DNA of 64,000 bases from NCBI GenBank assembly GCA_009914755.4, contig CP086569.2:21216001-21280000 (forward strand), given 5' to 3'. Below the pieces are notes generated by a model, which was not told the DNA's origin, made no database searches, and saw only the letters and a list, made by a program, of their open reading frames with translations. Positions 13,056 to 28,196 of this stretch are shown here, in pieces. The DNA is from the human T2T-CHM13v2.0 reference genome, Homo sapiens. Each line of letters opens with the position of its first letter. Position 1 is the first letter of the stretch. The translations under genes were made by a program, and so were the position numbers.

Positions 13056-14990
13056 TATTAACACATTCTTACAAAGCCAACATCATTCTGACAAAATCTT
13101 ACAAAGACACAACAACAAAAGCTTCAGGCGAATATTGGTAAGTATAGATGCAACAACAAATCTATAAACATAAAAGCAAAAATCCTCAACAAAATACTAC
13201 AAAACTGAATCAGGCAGAACTTCCAAAAGATAATTCACCACCATCAAACAGATTTTATTTTTGAAATGCAAGATTGATTTAACATACACAAATCAGTAAG
13301 TATAACTCACCACATAAAAATAATTCAGAATGAAAACCATATTTCAAATGATGCAGAAAAAGTTTTGATAAAATCCAACATCCCTTATTGATAAAAGCCC
13401 TCAGCAGTTTAGGCACTGAAGGAACACAACTCAAAATAATAAGCACTATGTATGAAACTCACATGCAAAAATTCACTATATATAAAACCAACCTCAGACT
13501 GAAAGAGAAAAGTGAAATTGTATCCTTTGAGAACTGGGGAATTATACGGATGCTACATTCACCACTTCTATTCAACAAAGTATTATACATCCTAGAAAAA
13601 GCAGCGAAGAAAAATAAATAAATAAATAAATCCAAATAGGAAATTAAGTTGAATTATCTTTTTTTCTGACAGTATAATTTTATTACCCACCCCCCAAAGA
13701 AAACCTCTAAAGAGTTTCCAAAATGGTTCCTGGAACAGATGTAAAAGTTAATAAATTTCAGAATATAAAATTATATTACAATAATCAATAGTAAGTTTAC
13801 ACATCAATACAATTTTAAGTAACAACCAAATTTAAAACAATTTTATTTATGGAAGCCACACACAAATAAACACAAAATACATAGGAATAATTTAGCCAAT
13901 TAAGTGAAAGGTATCTATAAAGAGAACTTTAAACCAGTCTTGGAAGAAGTCAGGGATGACACAAATAACAAAAAAAAAATATTACATGCTCATGAATTGG
14001 GAGAATAATGAGTTAAAATCTCTACACTGCACTAAGAAGTTTGTAGAAACAATGCTAACAGTGTCTACCTATGTAAATTTTCACAGAATTAGAAAACTCT
14101 ATTGCAAAATTTATTTGAAACCAAAAATGGCCCAAACAACCTATGCAATTGTAAGCAAGGAGAATAAAGCTGGAGGCATCACACTGACCACGTTTAAACT
14201 GTACTGTATGGCACAAACAAAATTTTTTGTAAAATATAAACAGACCTATAGACAAATGGAAAAGAGGAGTGAACATATAGATAAATCTGCACATCTAAAA
14301 CTATCTGATCTTGGACAAAATCAGAACAAAACTAAAGGCATCACACTACCTGACTTCAAATTATACTAAGTCTATAGTTTATATATACACAAGTCTATAG
14401 TAACTAAAACTTCATGGTACTGCTACCAAAACAGATATATAGATTAATGGAGCAGAACAGAGGCCTCAGAAATAACACCACACATCTACAACCATCTGAT
14501 TGTGACCAAAAAAAGCAATGGGGGAAGGATTCCCTCTTCAATAAATGGTGTTAGGAAAACTGACTAGCCATGTGCAGAAAACAGAAACTGAACCCCTTCC
14601 TTACACTTTATTAAGAAATTAACTCAAGATGGCTTAAAGACTTAAACGTAAAACCCCAAACCTAGGCAATACCATTCAGAATATAGGCATGGGAAAAGCC
14701 TTCATATCTAAAACAGCAAAAGCAATTGCAACAACAACAAAAAAAAAAAAACAGAATTGTCAAAGTGGATCTAATTAAACTAAAAGTCTTCTGCTCAGGA
14801 AAAGAAATTATCATCAGACTGAACAGGCATCCTACAACATGGGAGAAAGTTTTTGCAGTCTATCCATTTAACAAACGGCTAATAATCAGAATCTACAAGG
14901 AACTTAAACAAATTTACAAGAAAAAAAAACAACCCCATCAAAAAGTGGATGAAGGAGATGAACAGACACTTCTCAAAAGAAGACATTCAT

Positions 14991-15283
14991 GGCCAGGTGT
15001 GGAGGCTCACACCTGTAATCACAGCACTTTGGGAGGTCGAGAAGGGCATATCAGGAGGTCAGGAGTTTGAGACCAGCCTGGCAAATATGGTGAAACCCTG
15101 TCTCTACTAAAAAGTACAAAAATTAGCCAGGCATGGTGGTGCACACCTGTAGTTCCAGCTAATTGAGAGGCTCAGACAGAAGAATTTCTTGAACCTAGGA
15201 GGCGGAGGTTACAGTGAGCCAAGATTGGGCCACTGCACTCAAGCCTGGGCAACAAGCGAGACCCCATCTCAAAGAAAAAATAA
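14991..15283 (+). mobile_element. Alu (S-type) inserted in L1 ORF2 with a perfect target-site duplication
   Basis: It runs from ggccaggtgtggaggctcacacctgtaatcacagcactttgggaggtcgag... to ccccatctcaaagaaaaaataa. It is flanked by the direct repeat agaagacattcatg at 14977-14990 and again at about 15286-15299. Confidence 0.9.
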
Positions 15284-16119
15284 AGAGAAGACATTCATGC
15301 AGTCGACAAACATATGAAAAAAAGCTCATCATCACTGCTCATTATAGAAATGAAAATCAAAACCACAATGAGATAGCATCTCACACCAGTTAGAATGGCG
15401 ATTATTAAAAAGTCTGGAAACAACAGATGTTGGCTAGGATGTAGAGAAATAGGAATGCTTTTATACTGTTGGTGGGAATGTAAATTTGTTCAGCCATTTT
15501 GGAAGACATAATGGCAATTCCTCAAGGATCTAGAACCAGAAATACCATTTGACTCAGCAATCCCATTACTGGGTATATACCCAAAGGATTATAAATCATT
15601 CTACTATGAAGAAACATGCACATGTATGTTTATTGCAGCACAATTTACAATAGCAAAGAGTTGAAATCAACCCAAATGCCCACCAATGATAGACTGGATA
15701 AATAAAATGTGTCACATATACATCATGGAATACTACGCAGCCATAAAAAAGAATGAGTTCATGTCCTTTGCAGGAACATGAATGAAGCTGGAAACCATCA
15801 TTCTCAGCAAACTAACACAAGAACAGAAAACTAAACAACACATGTTCTTACTCGGAAGTGGGAGTTGAACAATGAGAACACACAGATGCAGGGAGAGGGG
15901 TTGGCGTTAAGGGGAGGGAGATCATTAGGACAGATACCTAATACATGAGGGTTTTAAAACCTAGATGATGGGTTGATAGTTGCAGCAAACCAACATGGTG
16001 CATGTATATACATAACAAACCTGCATGTATAAATTCATAACAAACTTGCATATTCAGGACATGTATCCCAGAATTTAAAGTAAAAAAAAAAAAAAGTAAA
16101 GACAGAAAAAGGTAAAGAA

Positions 16120-16752
16120 ATAGCAGATGTTTGCAAGGATGCTGAGTAATGTGAAATATTATGTACTCTTGGTGGGAATGCAAACTAGTTCAATAACTGT
16201 GGAATGCAGTCTATTATTCTAAAAAAAGTATGTATATATTCACACACATATATTATTTCTCATATATACATATATATGAGAAATATATAATATGTATATA
16301 TGAGAAAGATATATGTGTGTGTGTATATGTGTGTATATATATGTGTATATGTATATATCCTGTATATATATGTATATATGTGTATATACATATATACATA
16401 TATTATGTGTGTGTTCATATATATGTGGGTATATATATGAGAGAGAGTGAGAGAGAGAGGCCTTTATTCTACTTCATGTAATGCAAAAACAGAAAAACAA
16501 ATACCATATGTTGTCACTTATAGATGGAAGATAAAAATTGAATATACATAAATAAAAGGTTGGATAAAATAGGCACGGGGCAACTAGTCGGGGGAGTAAA
16601 GGAGAAGAAATAGACTAAAGAACCACCTTTTGGGTACTTTGCTTACTGCTTGGTTATGGAGCCATTGGTACCTCAGCATCACATAGTTTACCCATGTTGC
16701 AAACCTACATTTGTACACTTTAATCTATAATAAAACCTCAAAAAAAAAAACT
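16120..16752 (+). mobile_element. Second L1 3'-end fragment (ORF2 end plus 3'UTR and poly-A) containing an expanded microsatellite
   Basis: The fragment gatgctgagtaatgtgaaatattatgtactcttggtgggaatgcaaactagttcaataactgtggaatgcagtctattattc encodes the GNAN..WWECKLVQ-type ORF2 end. An L1 3'UTR-like end caaacctacatttgtacactttaatctataataaaacctcaaaaaaaaaaa lies at 16700-16752. Confidence 0.55.
16230..16470. repeat. Compound microsatellite (TATATG / TATGTG / TA / GA motifs)
   Basis: Direct inspection: catatatacatatatatgagaaatatataatatgtatatatgagaaagatatatgtgtgtgtgtatatgtgtgtatatatatgtg...gagagagagtgagagagagagg. Confidence 0.9.
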
Positions 16753-16789
16753 CTTTTTAGAGTAACGCCTGTGTTACTACCTTAGTTAT

Positions 16790-17720
16790 TTCTAGAGTGT
16801 TTCTTCCAATATATATTTAGATGTGGGACTTTTTTTTCCAGTATAAACTCTTTGGTGTTTTCTAAGGTGTATGTTGTGGGCAAAGTTCCCACCACATTTC
16901 TTATATATGTAGCGGTTCACTTCTATAGAAATTCTCTATTGAGTAATATATAGGTGGCAGTTAAAGCTTTTTCTAACTTCTTTACATTTGTAAAATTTCT
17001 CTTCAATATAAATAACATGGTGTTCTCTAAGGCATATATTTTGAATAATAGTTTTTCCAAGATCATTACCTGTTTAGGTTTTTATATAACGCCAGATTCT
17101 AACTTTGAATAATATGTGAGCATTAGTTCTCACATTTGCCTTTCTTTACACTTGCAGAGTTTCTAAATAGTATGAATTATCTTGATTTTAGTAAGCTCTG
17201 AAAACTGGGTTAGAGCTTTCCAGGATTATTCACATGTGTATAGATTTTCTAAACGGCATAGTTTGAATGCCAATTAAAGGCTTTGCTCCATTTTTTATAA
17301 TTGCAGGATATCTCTCCAAAATGGATTCCCAAATGCTGTGTAAGGGTCGAATAGTAGTTAAAGAATTTGCCACATTCTTTACACTTGAATTTTTAGGATA
17401 AATTTTCATTTGAACTGAGATGTAATAATTGACTAAAATTTTTTTCACGTTTATTACATTTATTTGAGTTTTCTTTAACATGAATTTCTTCATTTTTTGC
17501 AAGTCCTGAGAACTGGTTAAAAATTTACCATATTTATTTTATTCAAAATGCTTCTCTTGAATATGAATACCAGATGAACAATAAATTTTGAGAATTGATG
17601 AAAGACTTTCACCATTCTCTTGTATTTGTAATGATTCTTTAGAAAATGAGTAATCTCATGTTTACTAAAATTTTTGACATGGATAAAGTTTTTATTATCT
17701 TCATTACAAAAGGCATATTT
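16790..17720 (-). pseudogene. Heavily decayed C2H2 zinc-finger (KRAB-ZNF-like) array remnant in antisense orientation
   Basis: Antisense finger-linker motifs recur every 80-84 bp: ttacatttgtaaaatttctcttcaatataaat (16982), ttacacttgcagagtttctaaatagtatgaatt (17142), tcacatgtgtatagattttctaaacgg (17230), ataattgcaggatatctctccaaaatggatt (17310) and ctttacacttgaatttttaggataaatt (17393). These mirror the rc consensus acatttgtaaggtttctctccagtatgaatt. Minus ORF 17230-17502 translates to degenerate finger-like peptide (KIYPKNSSVKNVANSLTTIRPLHSI...). There are many stops and no intact gene. Confidence 0.55.
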
Positions 17721-17835
17721 TAGAAATTGGTGTTGATATGTTCTCTCACATATTTTGAGGTCAGGAGTTTGAGACCAGCCTGACAAATACGGTGAAACGG
17801 AGTCTCTGCACAGTTCTGTGGAAATAGCTGACACA

Positions 17836-19900
<2,065 letters not shown>

Positions 19901-19989
19901 TCCAGTCAGTTACATTTTTACACTCCAAATTTGAGGCTCGACTTTTTCATTATTTAATTTTTTTGGTAAGTGTATTTGATAAGATTTTA

Positions 19990-20287
19990 GGCTGGGCGCA
20001 GTGGCCCATGCCCTTAATTCCAGAACTTTGGGAGGCTGAGGCAGGTGGATCACCAGGTCAAGAGATCGAGACCGTCCTGGCCAACATGGTGAAACCTTGT
20101 TTCTACTAAAAATACAAAAGTTAGCTGGGCCATGGTGGCTCATGCCTGTAGTCCCAGCCACTCAAGTGGCTGAGGCAGGAGAATCACTGGAAGCCAGGAT
20201 GTGGGAGTTGCAGTGAACTGAAATCACACCACTGCCCTGCAGCCTGGCAACAGAACGAGACTTTGTTTCAAACAAACAAACAAACAG
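19990..20287 (+). mobile_element. Alu (S-type)
   Basis: It runs from ggctgggcgcagtggcccatgcccttaattccagaactttgggaggctgaggcaggtggatcaccaggtcaagagatcgagaccgtcctggccaacatggtgaaacc to the tail caaacaaacaaacaaac. Confidence 0.9.
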
Positions 20288-20619
20288 TTTAAATTTCTTC
20301 TGTTTTATCTTGAATTTGAGTTTCTGCAAAACAGCTATTTTGAATTCTCTGTGTGAAAAGAAATATATCTCTGTCTCCCTGGATTTGGCTTCTGGTACCT
20401 TACTTAGTTTACTTAGTGAGATCATGGTTTCCTGAATATTCTTGATGCTTGTGAATATTTGTTGATATCTGGGCATCAAATAGTTAATTATCTTTGTTCT
20501 TTTTACAGATTGGGCTTATTCCTACCTGTTCTTTTTGAGAAAGCTAGGATATCTAACTCAATAGTTTTTATTGCCCTATAGATTCATAGGGATTATCTTT
20601 TACTTCTCGCTACTCTATG

Positions 20620-20700
20620 TCAATCACACACACACAAAGTAACACACACACAGAGAAACACACACTCGCATAAATTCACACACAACACACAAAAAACTTT
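20620..20700. repeat. (CA)n-rich microsatellite
   Basis: cacacacacacaaagtaacacacacacagagaaacacacactcgcataaattcacacacaacacacaaaaaac. Confidence 0.85.
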
Positions 20701-22289
20701 GTTGATTGTCAGACCTGGTACAGTCAACATGCTACATGTTATAGACTGTCAGGCATCAGACATCTTATATTGATATTCAATTAATGACACCTCTTTTGAT
20801 GTAATGCGTCATAAAATTCTAGTTTCTAAAGAAATAGAAGCTACATAGTAACAACAGAAATACATTGGAATTACAGGTCACTTTGTTTCCTTTCACAAAG
20901 AGAAGCAGTCTTCCCTGACCATGAAAGGAGGTTTCTTTTCTGGTCAATAAGAGACTTGTGCAAGAGAACCTCATTTTGAATTTTACCAAGTTAACTAGAA
21001 GGAACCAGATTAAGTTTTCACATTTGCAGAAAGTGATCAGAGATGGAAATTTACTTTAATTAATACAACAACTTACATTATACACATCTGATTTGTGGAC
21101 AATGAAAAATATCCAAGTCTCTTTTAATTGATATGCTTTGTCTTTTATTTTTGACATTTTTTTAAAAAAAATCAAATTTCTTTTCTATGAAGTTTCTCAC
21201 CGTCTGAATTTTATTAATGCAGCCCTAAGAATGTTGGATATGTTTTGTTTTCTCTGTATTTCCTAAATTGTTAATTAGATCTGGATATTGGATCAGATTC
21301 AGGTTGATATTATTTCCCAAATACACAGTCGCAATTGTGTACCTTTATAAGAAGAAATATAATGTTTAGTTTTGGTTTTTTAGTAGTCCAAATATTGCCT
21401 TATTGACATATTATATCCAAAAACTGAATACTGCATACACTTTTTCAATATACATGAAATATTTAACAAAATCAAACAAATGCTGAACCTTAGAGCAAAT
21501 GTCAATACATTTTAAAGGATAGAATCATGCAGAGTGTATTGTAGAAAATATACTAGAAACCAACAATAGGAAGATATCTAAATATTCCTCAAATATTTAG
21601 AAATTCACTTTTAAATATTTAATAAGTCAAAGGAGAAATCAAATGGAAATGAGAAAATACATCAAACTAAATAATAACACAACATATCAAAACTGATGAA
21701 TAAAACTAATAAAAGTGTTTAGAGGAAACTATATAGCATTAAGTGTACCTACTTAAAAAGATGGAAAATCACCTATTATTCCTGAGCTAAAAAAGAAAAC
21801 AAATAGCAGAATCTAGACAAATATAAGTCAAAAAATAATAAAGAAACAAAAATGAATAAAATACAAAGCAAATGTATAACAAAAAATTAACACAACTTAG
21901 TTTGTTAGGTGAGAACACCCATAAAAATGATAAACCCCTAGCAAGTCTGCAGAGTTAGAAGCAATGCACAAATTTCCTCCACAAGCATATCACAATATAT
22001 CTGAAAGATAGTAAAGAAGAATTATGAAATTTTTGTCCTGTATCATGTTAATGTATGCTAATATTGTATTTAGATAAAAATTGACATGTATTTTTTCTAC
22101 TTTACAGAATAGTTTGCATAAAAGTGATTCTGGAGGTATGTACAAAAGTGTTTTTAATTACAGATTAAATTTTTAAAATACTTATATTACTAATCAGATT
22201 TTCTAAGTGGAACAAAAAGAAACCAGAAACCTGAAGAAATAATCAAAACATGTTTATCATAAGATATTTACCAAAGTAGAAATAAACAG

Positions 22290-22790
22290 AAAGACAGTTT
22301 CTTCATTTAATATGAGGTAGTTTTATTACACGCTGTTAGTTTTCCAAGGTTGCTATAACAAGGTACTACAAAATGAGTGGCTTCAAACAAAAACAAAATC
22401 TAATCCCTCATACTTCTTGACAATCAAAGTTGGAAATCAAGTTATCAGCAATACACTCCTTTTGAAGCCTCTGAGGAAAAAAAAGAAAAAAACTATTTCA
22501 TACCTCTTTCTTAGCCTTTAGTAACTCATGCATATCATTTTTTTCTGACTTTCAAATATATTACTTTTATTGCTGCCTCAGATTTCACATGGCATTCTCA
22601 TTGTGTTATTCCATGTCCAATTTTTTCTGTTCTTTTGTTACAGTATATATATTAGTGTTCACCTCAGTCCAATATTATATTACTTTGATTATATCTGCAA
22701 AGATTCTCTTCCAAAATAAGGTCACATTCAGTTACTGGAATTTAGGATTTTGACATCTTTGGGGGGAAAGACAATTAACTCCAAAATAAT
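22290..22790 (+). mobile_element. Ancient MER-type interspersed repeat; family not assigned
   Basis: It contains gttgctataacaaggtactacaaaatgagtggcttcaaacaaaaacaaaatctaatccctcatacttcttgacaatcaaagttggaaatcaagttatcagc at the start and ctgcaaagattctcttccaaaataaggtcacattcagttactggaatttaggattttgacatctttgggggg at the end. This is the typical signature of a common mammalian medium-reiterated repeat. The name is from memory only. Confidence 0.45.
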
Positions 22791-24384
22791 CTCAAAAGTA
22801 AAATATTGAAAAGGTTTCTCTCTAGATCAGAAATGAGGCAAAGGTGTCCATGATTTTGCTACTATTCAATAATTTATTGCATTTACAGTGCAATAAGGCA
22901 AAAAAGTAAATCAGTTGGATAAATATCAAAAAGAAAAAGCAATCAGTGTTAGGTTTTATGTACAATAGTTATGTACATATAAAATACAAAATAATTTATA
23001 AACTATTAGTGAATTAAGTAAAGCCATTAAGAACAGGTTAATATATAAAATAAATTATGTTTCTAAGTGGTTACAACAAAAATCAGAAAAACACATAAGG
23101 TTTAAGAGCCTAAAAAAGTTTTAACAAAAGAAATGTACAACTTTTTCATTAAAAAAATTCTGAAAAAAATTCTAAATGACCTCAGTATAAAATCATATAT
23201 ACTCCCTTCTCAATGACACTCAATATTTTAGAATATCTCTAAATTGATCCAAATAATGATAAAATGTCAAAGTTCCAGAGTATTTTTTTTTGCTCAAATA
23301 CATAAGCTATTTTAAAATTTATAAATTCATAGCTAACAATATCCAAAAATTGGATGACACATCACCGTATATCAAGATTTATTTCTATTTAAACACATAG
23401 TATAGTAATTTATACCATATAATATTGGTGCAAAGACAAAGAAACTAGAAGGAAACATGCATGTTAGAAAGATAGGTACAGAAAAAATATTTTCTGTTAC
23501 TTGCTCTGTAACAGAAAAAGCCACTCTAATACATTTGAAAAACAACTGCCTTTTAAATAAATTATGTTGAATTAATAGCCTATTTACAAAAAGATTTAAA
23601 CCATGATATATTCGCACACTATGAACAAATATCGTATACTTACAAGAATCAAAAAAACAAAGATTCAAAAAGAGAAGATTTTTATGAAATTGGGATTAGT
23701 AAACATTTTCTAAAGAAAGATACAAAAGTAACAATTTTAAGATAAATAATAATTTAAATTATATTAAAATTACAATTTTTTTAGTCAAAGAAACACACAA
23801 ATAAGTTAAGCCAGTGATGTAGTGGATAAAGATATTTCTTATACATGTATCTGACAAACAAAAACAAACTAATAAACAAAAACAGATGGGCAATTCAATA
23901 GAAAACCAGAAAAAAAATACTTCATAGAACAGGGCATCAAAATGTCCACAAGCAAATTAAAGATGGTCAACATTATCTGATAAATAAAATTTAAAGTCAC
24001 AATGAGCCATTGCAACATGTCTATCAGAAAAAATAAAATTAAAGTCTGAGAGTACAACACAAATTTATACATAATGCACACACATATGTGTGCAGCAATA
24101 GAAACATCCATGGATATTTTTGAGAGCAACTTTTTAATATTTAAAATCTACAAACAATGCACATGAAAAATAAAACTAGTAAATAAAATATGGCACATTT
24201 TTAAAATAAAATACTATTAGGCAATGGAAAAGAACCAATCACAAGTATACACACAAATGAGTCTCAGACACATTTTAAGCAAAACAAGGCAGATGTAAAT
24301 GAATGTATACTGTGTGATTCACATTATATAAAATGTAAAGAGAGAAAAACTACTCTATAGCAAAAAAAAGTTAAAAAGTAATGA

Positions 24385-24686
<302 letters not shown>

Positions 24687-25094
24687 AAATAGTGGAATGT
24701 ACAGTAGATATACAATAACTGTGAGTGGCCACAAAGGAGTTTCTTTGTGGTGATAATGTTGTGGTTAACATAGTGGTTCAAGAATGTTTTCATTTTGCAA
24801 AATTCATGGAGCTATAAATTGAAAAATGTTGCATTTTACACTATATATTATATTTCAATTAAAATGAAAATTATAATTAAATATTATACCTTAAAATATT
24901 CATAGGTGAGAGTAAATTTTAGGAGCATTAGAACAGAGGTAATATTACTGACAAATTTTGGTGTAAAAATGACTAACAAAATACTAGCAAACTGAATTCA
25001 ATAAAACCTTACAAAGATCATTTATCATGACCAAATGATATCTATCCCAGGGATACAAATATATATATTTTTAATTATCTCTGTGTGGTTCCAC

Positions 25095-25235
25095 AAACCT
25101 GTGGTCCCAACTGCTTGAGAGGCTGAGGTAGAAGAATCACTAGAAAACATGAGATCAAAGCTGCAGTGAGGAGTGGTTGCACCACTCCATTCCAGACTGA
25201 GTTGCAGAACAAGACCCTGCCTTCAGAAAACAAAC
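25095..25235 (+). mobile_element. Alu right-monomer fragment
   Basis: cctgtggtcccaactgcttgagaggctgaggtagaagaatcactagaaaacatgagatcaaagctgcagtgaggagtggttgcaccactccattccagactgagttgcagaacaagaccctgcc. Confidence 0.7.
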
Positions 25236-25799
25236 CCAGCAACAACAAAAACAAAATAAAATGATGAAAAATAAACATGAATTCATAGAAATGGAGAAAA
25301 ATGAAGACAAAGTAAAAGAAGTGAAGTGGGAAAAGAAAACTACATAAAATAAAATAAGGAATAATACAAAATAAAATATAATAATATATATCATTAATAT
25401 AAAATATAGATACATAAATAAAAATAATGTAAAGTATAATGAAATATAAATTAAAATAACATAAAGAATAATAAAATAAAATAAATTAAATGTAAAGATA
25501 AATAACAAAACATCAAGGAATAAAGAGAAAGTTAAATATATCAAAAGAAATAAAATTAAATTAAAATATAAAATGAAAAATAAAAACAAGAGAGACAAAA
25601 AATAAAGGGAAATAAAATATTTTTATTAAAAGTACGAAATGATAAATAAAATGAAATGTGTAGATACAAAATAAAATAAAAAGAAAGTAAATGCAATGAA
25701 ATGAGGAGAAATGGAACAAAATGAAGAGATGTATAAAGAAATACAAAATGACAAACAAAATGAAATAAAACAAAAGAAATATGAGAAAATAGAGAAAAA

Positions 25800-26300
25800 T
25801 AACCCTACCATTTGACTCTGCAATCCAATATACCCACAGAAAAATAAATCATTATAGCAAAAAGACACATGCACACTCATATGTTCATCAAAATAGTATT
25901 CACAATAGCAAAGTCATGAAATCAGCTTTAGATGCCCATCAATGATAAACTGGATAAAGAGAATATACACTATGCACTATGACATCTTACACAGCCATAA
26001 AATTTATAAAATTATGTCCTTTGCAGCAACATGAATTGAGCCGAAATCACAATCCTAAGTAAATTAACACAGGAACAGAAAAATCAAATGTCGCATGGTC
26101 TTAGTTATAAGTGGGAGCTAAACACTGGACTGATATAAATATAAATATGGGAATAATCTGAACTGTAGACTACTAGTCAGGATAATGAGGAAGAATGGAA
26201 TAAGGGGGAAAAATTACCTATCGGGTTCTATGCATAAATCTTTCCTGCAATATACCCAGGTAACAAACTTGCACATAGAACTCCTGTATCTAAAATAAAA
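25800..26300 (+). mobile_element. Old L1 3'-end fragment embedded in the A-rich tract
   Basis: The sequence ccctaccatttgactctgcaatccaatatacccacagaaaaataaatcattatagcaaaaagacacatgcacactcatatgttcatcaaaatagtattcacaatagcaaagtcatgaaatcag...atgataaactggataaagagaatatacactatgcactatgacatcttacacagccataaaa...gtgggagctaaacactgg is a degenerate version of the L1 ORF2 end and 3'UTR. Confidence 0.7.
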
Positions 26301-26687
26301 ATTTAAAAATAATTACATATTAGTGATGAATAATTTACATTATAGTATTGCTTTAAGAGAAGAATTCTAAAAAACAAAGAAATGAAAGAAAAACATTGAA
26401 AATACACTACCAGTAAAACTGAAAGAAATCGATTAAGAATTTAGGGTAAAATTATGAAATCTAAAGCTAATTATCTTAATTTTCTTTTGTTACCTGAGCA
26501 AAAAGAAAAATCTTTAATGGAAATCTACAATTGCATTTTAATTACCAATCTAGTGTTCAAAAAGTTCTGCAAGAATGTAATGCAACAAAAATCATTAATT
26601 CATCATAAAAATCTTCTATGCTTCAAGATGCAGTTGGTTTATTAAAAGACACTGCTAAAAATAAACAAAAATAAAACAGAGTAATAA

Positions 26688-26975
26688 GGCTGGTCACAGT
26701 GGCTCAGGCCTGTAATCCCAGGACTGTGGGAGACCTAAGTGGGTGTATCACATGAGGTCAGCAGTTGGAGACCAACCTGGCCAACATGCTGAAACCTCCT
26801 CTGTACTAAAAATACACAGATTAACCGGTGTGGTGTTGCGTGCCTGTAATCCCAGCTGCTTGGGAGGCTGAGGCAGGAGAATCACTTCAGCAGGTGTAGC
26901 AGAGGTTGCAGTGAACCGAGATCATACCACTGCAATCCAGCATGGGAGACAGGTGAGACTCTGTCTCAAAAAACA
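26688..26975 (+). mobile_element. Alu (S-type)
   Basis: It runs from ggctggtcacagtggctcaggcctgtaatcccaggactgtgggagacctaagtgggtgtatcacatgaggtcagcagttggagaccaacctggccaac to gagactctgtctcaaaaaac. Confidence 0.9.
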
Positions 26976-28196
26976 GATAACAACAAAAGAAGTAAGAAGA
27001 AAAATTAGCAGAAATAAAAATAGAAAAAAATACAATAAAGAGAAATATATGAAGAATAAATCAAATAAAGTAAAATAACATAAGAGGAAATGAGAAAAAG
27101 CAAACTGAAGTGAAATGAAAGGAGTGAAAATGTAATGAAGAGATCTGAAGATTCATGAAGAGAAATAAAATAAAAAGAAATAAGATGTAATATAAAAACA
27201 AATGAAGGGGGGGGGCCAAGATGGCCGAATAGGAACAGCTCTCATCTACAGCTCCCAGCGTGAGCGACGCAGAAGATGGGTGATTTCTGCATTTCCATCT
27301 GAGGTACCGGGTTCATCTCACTAGGGAGTGCCAGACAGTGGGTGCAGGCCAGTGGGTGGGCGCACTGGGCGCGAGCCGAAGCAGGGCGAGGCATTGCCTC
27401 ACCTGGGAAGCCCAAGGGGTCAGGGAGTTCCCTTTCTGAGTCAAAGAAAGGGGTGACAGATGCACCTGGAAAATCGGGTCACTCCCACCCGAATATTGCG
27501 CTTTTCCGACGGGCTTAAAAAACGGAGCACCACGAGATATATCCCACCCCTGGCTCAGAGGGTCCTACACCCACGGAGTCTTGCTGATTGCTAGCACAGC
27601 AGTCTGAAAACAAACTGCAAGGCAGCAGCGAGGCTGGGGGAGGGGCGCCCGCCATTGCCCAGGCTTGCTTAGGTAAACAAAGCAGCCGGGAAGCTCCAAC
27701 TGGGTGGAGCCCACCACAGCTCAAGGAGGCCTGCCTGCCTCTGTAGGCTCCACCTCTGGGGGCAGGGCACAGACAAACAAAAAGACAGCAGTAACCTCTG
27801 CAGACTTAAATGTCCCTGTCTGACAGCTTTGAAGACAGCAGTGGTTCTCCTAGCACGCAGCTGGAGATTTGAGAACGGGTGGACTGCCTCCTCAAGTGGG
27901 TCCCTGACCCCTGACCCCCGAGCAGCCTAACTGGGAGGCACCCCCCAGCAGGGGCACACTGACACCTCACACGGCAGGGTATTCCAACAGACCTGCAGCT
28001 GAGGGTGCTGTCTGTTAGAAGGAAAACTAACAAACAGAAAGGACATCCACACTGAAAACCCGTCTGTACATCACCATCATCAAAGACCAAAAGTAGATAA
28101 AACCACAAAGACAGGGAAAAAACAGAACAGAAAAACTGGAAACTCTAAAACGCAGAGCGCCTCTCCTCCTCCAAGAAACGCAGTTCCTCACCAGCA

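Larger units (their letters stand above)
10980..16095 (+). mobile_element. Older primate L1 (L1PB/L1MA-like), 5'-truncated, covering the ORF1 end, ORF2 and 3'UTR. It is interrupted by two Alu insertions and an AT-rich simple repeat.
   Basis: The ORF2 endonuclease region is recognisable at 11640-12130, RT-like sequence at about 12340-12540 and 13380-13600, and the ORF2 C-terminus at 14400-15000 and 15290-15800 (the [37 protein letters not shown] motif lies in ORF 14726-15070). The 3' end with a poly-A tail is at about 16080-16095. An internal duplication of the [13 protein letters not shown] segment occurs at about 14150-14210 and 14335-14375. Confidence 0.75.
25250..27207 (+). repeat. Strand-asymmetric A-rich low-complexity tract, upstream half (degenerate AAATA / GAAA / AAAG motifs). 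Retroelements are embedded in it.
   Basis: Long runs such as aaaataaaatgatgaaaaataaacatgaattcatagaaatggagaaaaatgaagacaaagtaaaagaagtgaag and gaaataaaataaaaagaaataagatgtaatataaaaacaaatgaag. The plus strand is extremely A-rich. Minus-strand ORFs (25155-25598, 25561-25773) are F/L/I/Y-rich artefacts. Confidence 0.8.

Noticed and set aside
14726-15070. 114-aa ORF
   Set aside because: L1 ORF2 C-terminal peptide ([13 protein letters not shown]...) reading through into the inserted Alu ([15 protein letters not shown] is Alu-encoded). It is a chimeric artefact.
10980-16095. Twin-priming inversion structure between the inverted L1 fragment (10300-10960) and the direct L1 (10980-16095)
   Set aside because: The inverted piece (ORF2 C-terminal region) overlaps in L1 coordinates with sequence also present in the direct piece. 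Twin priming produces non-overlapping segments. The two look like independent fragments of different age.
16230-16481. 83-aa ORF rich in Y/I/C/V
   Set aside because: It is a translation of the TATATG/TGTGTA microsatellite.
25155-25880. Minus-strand ORFs up to 147 aa consisting of F/L/I/Y runs, and similar ones at 34468-36186
   Set aside because: They are translations of the T-rich complement of the A-rich low-complexity tract. They are not membrane proteins.
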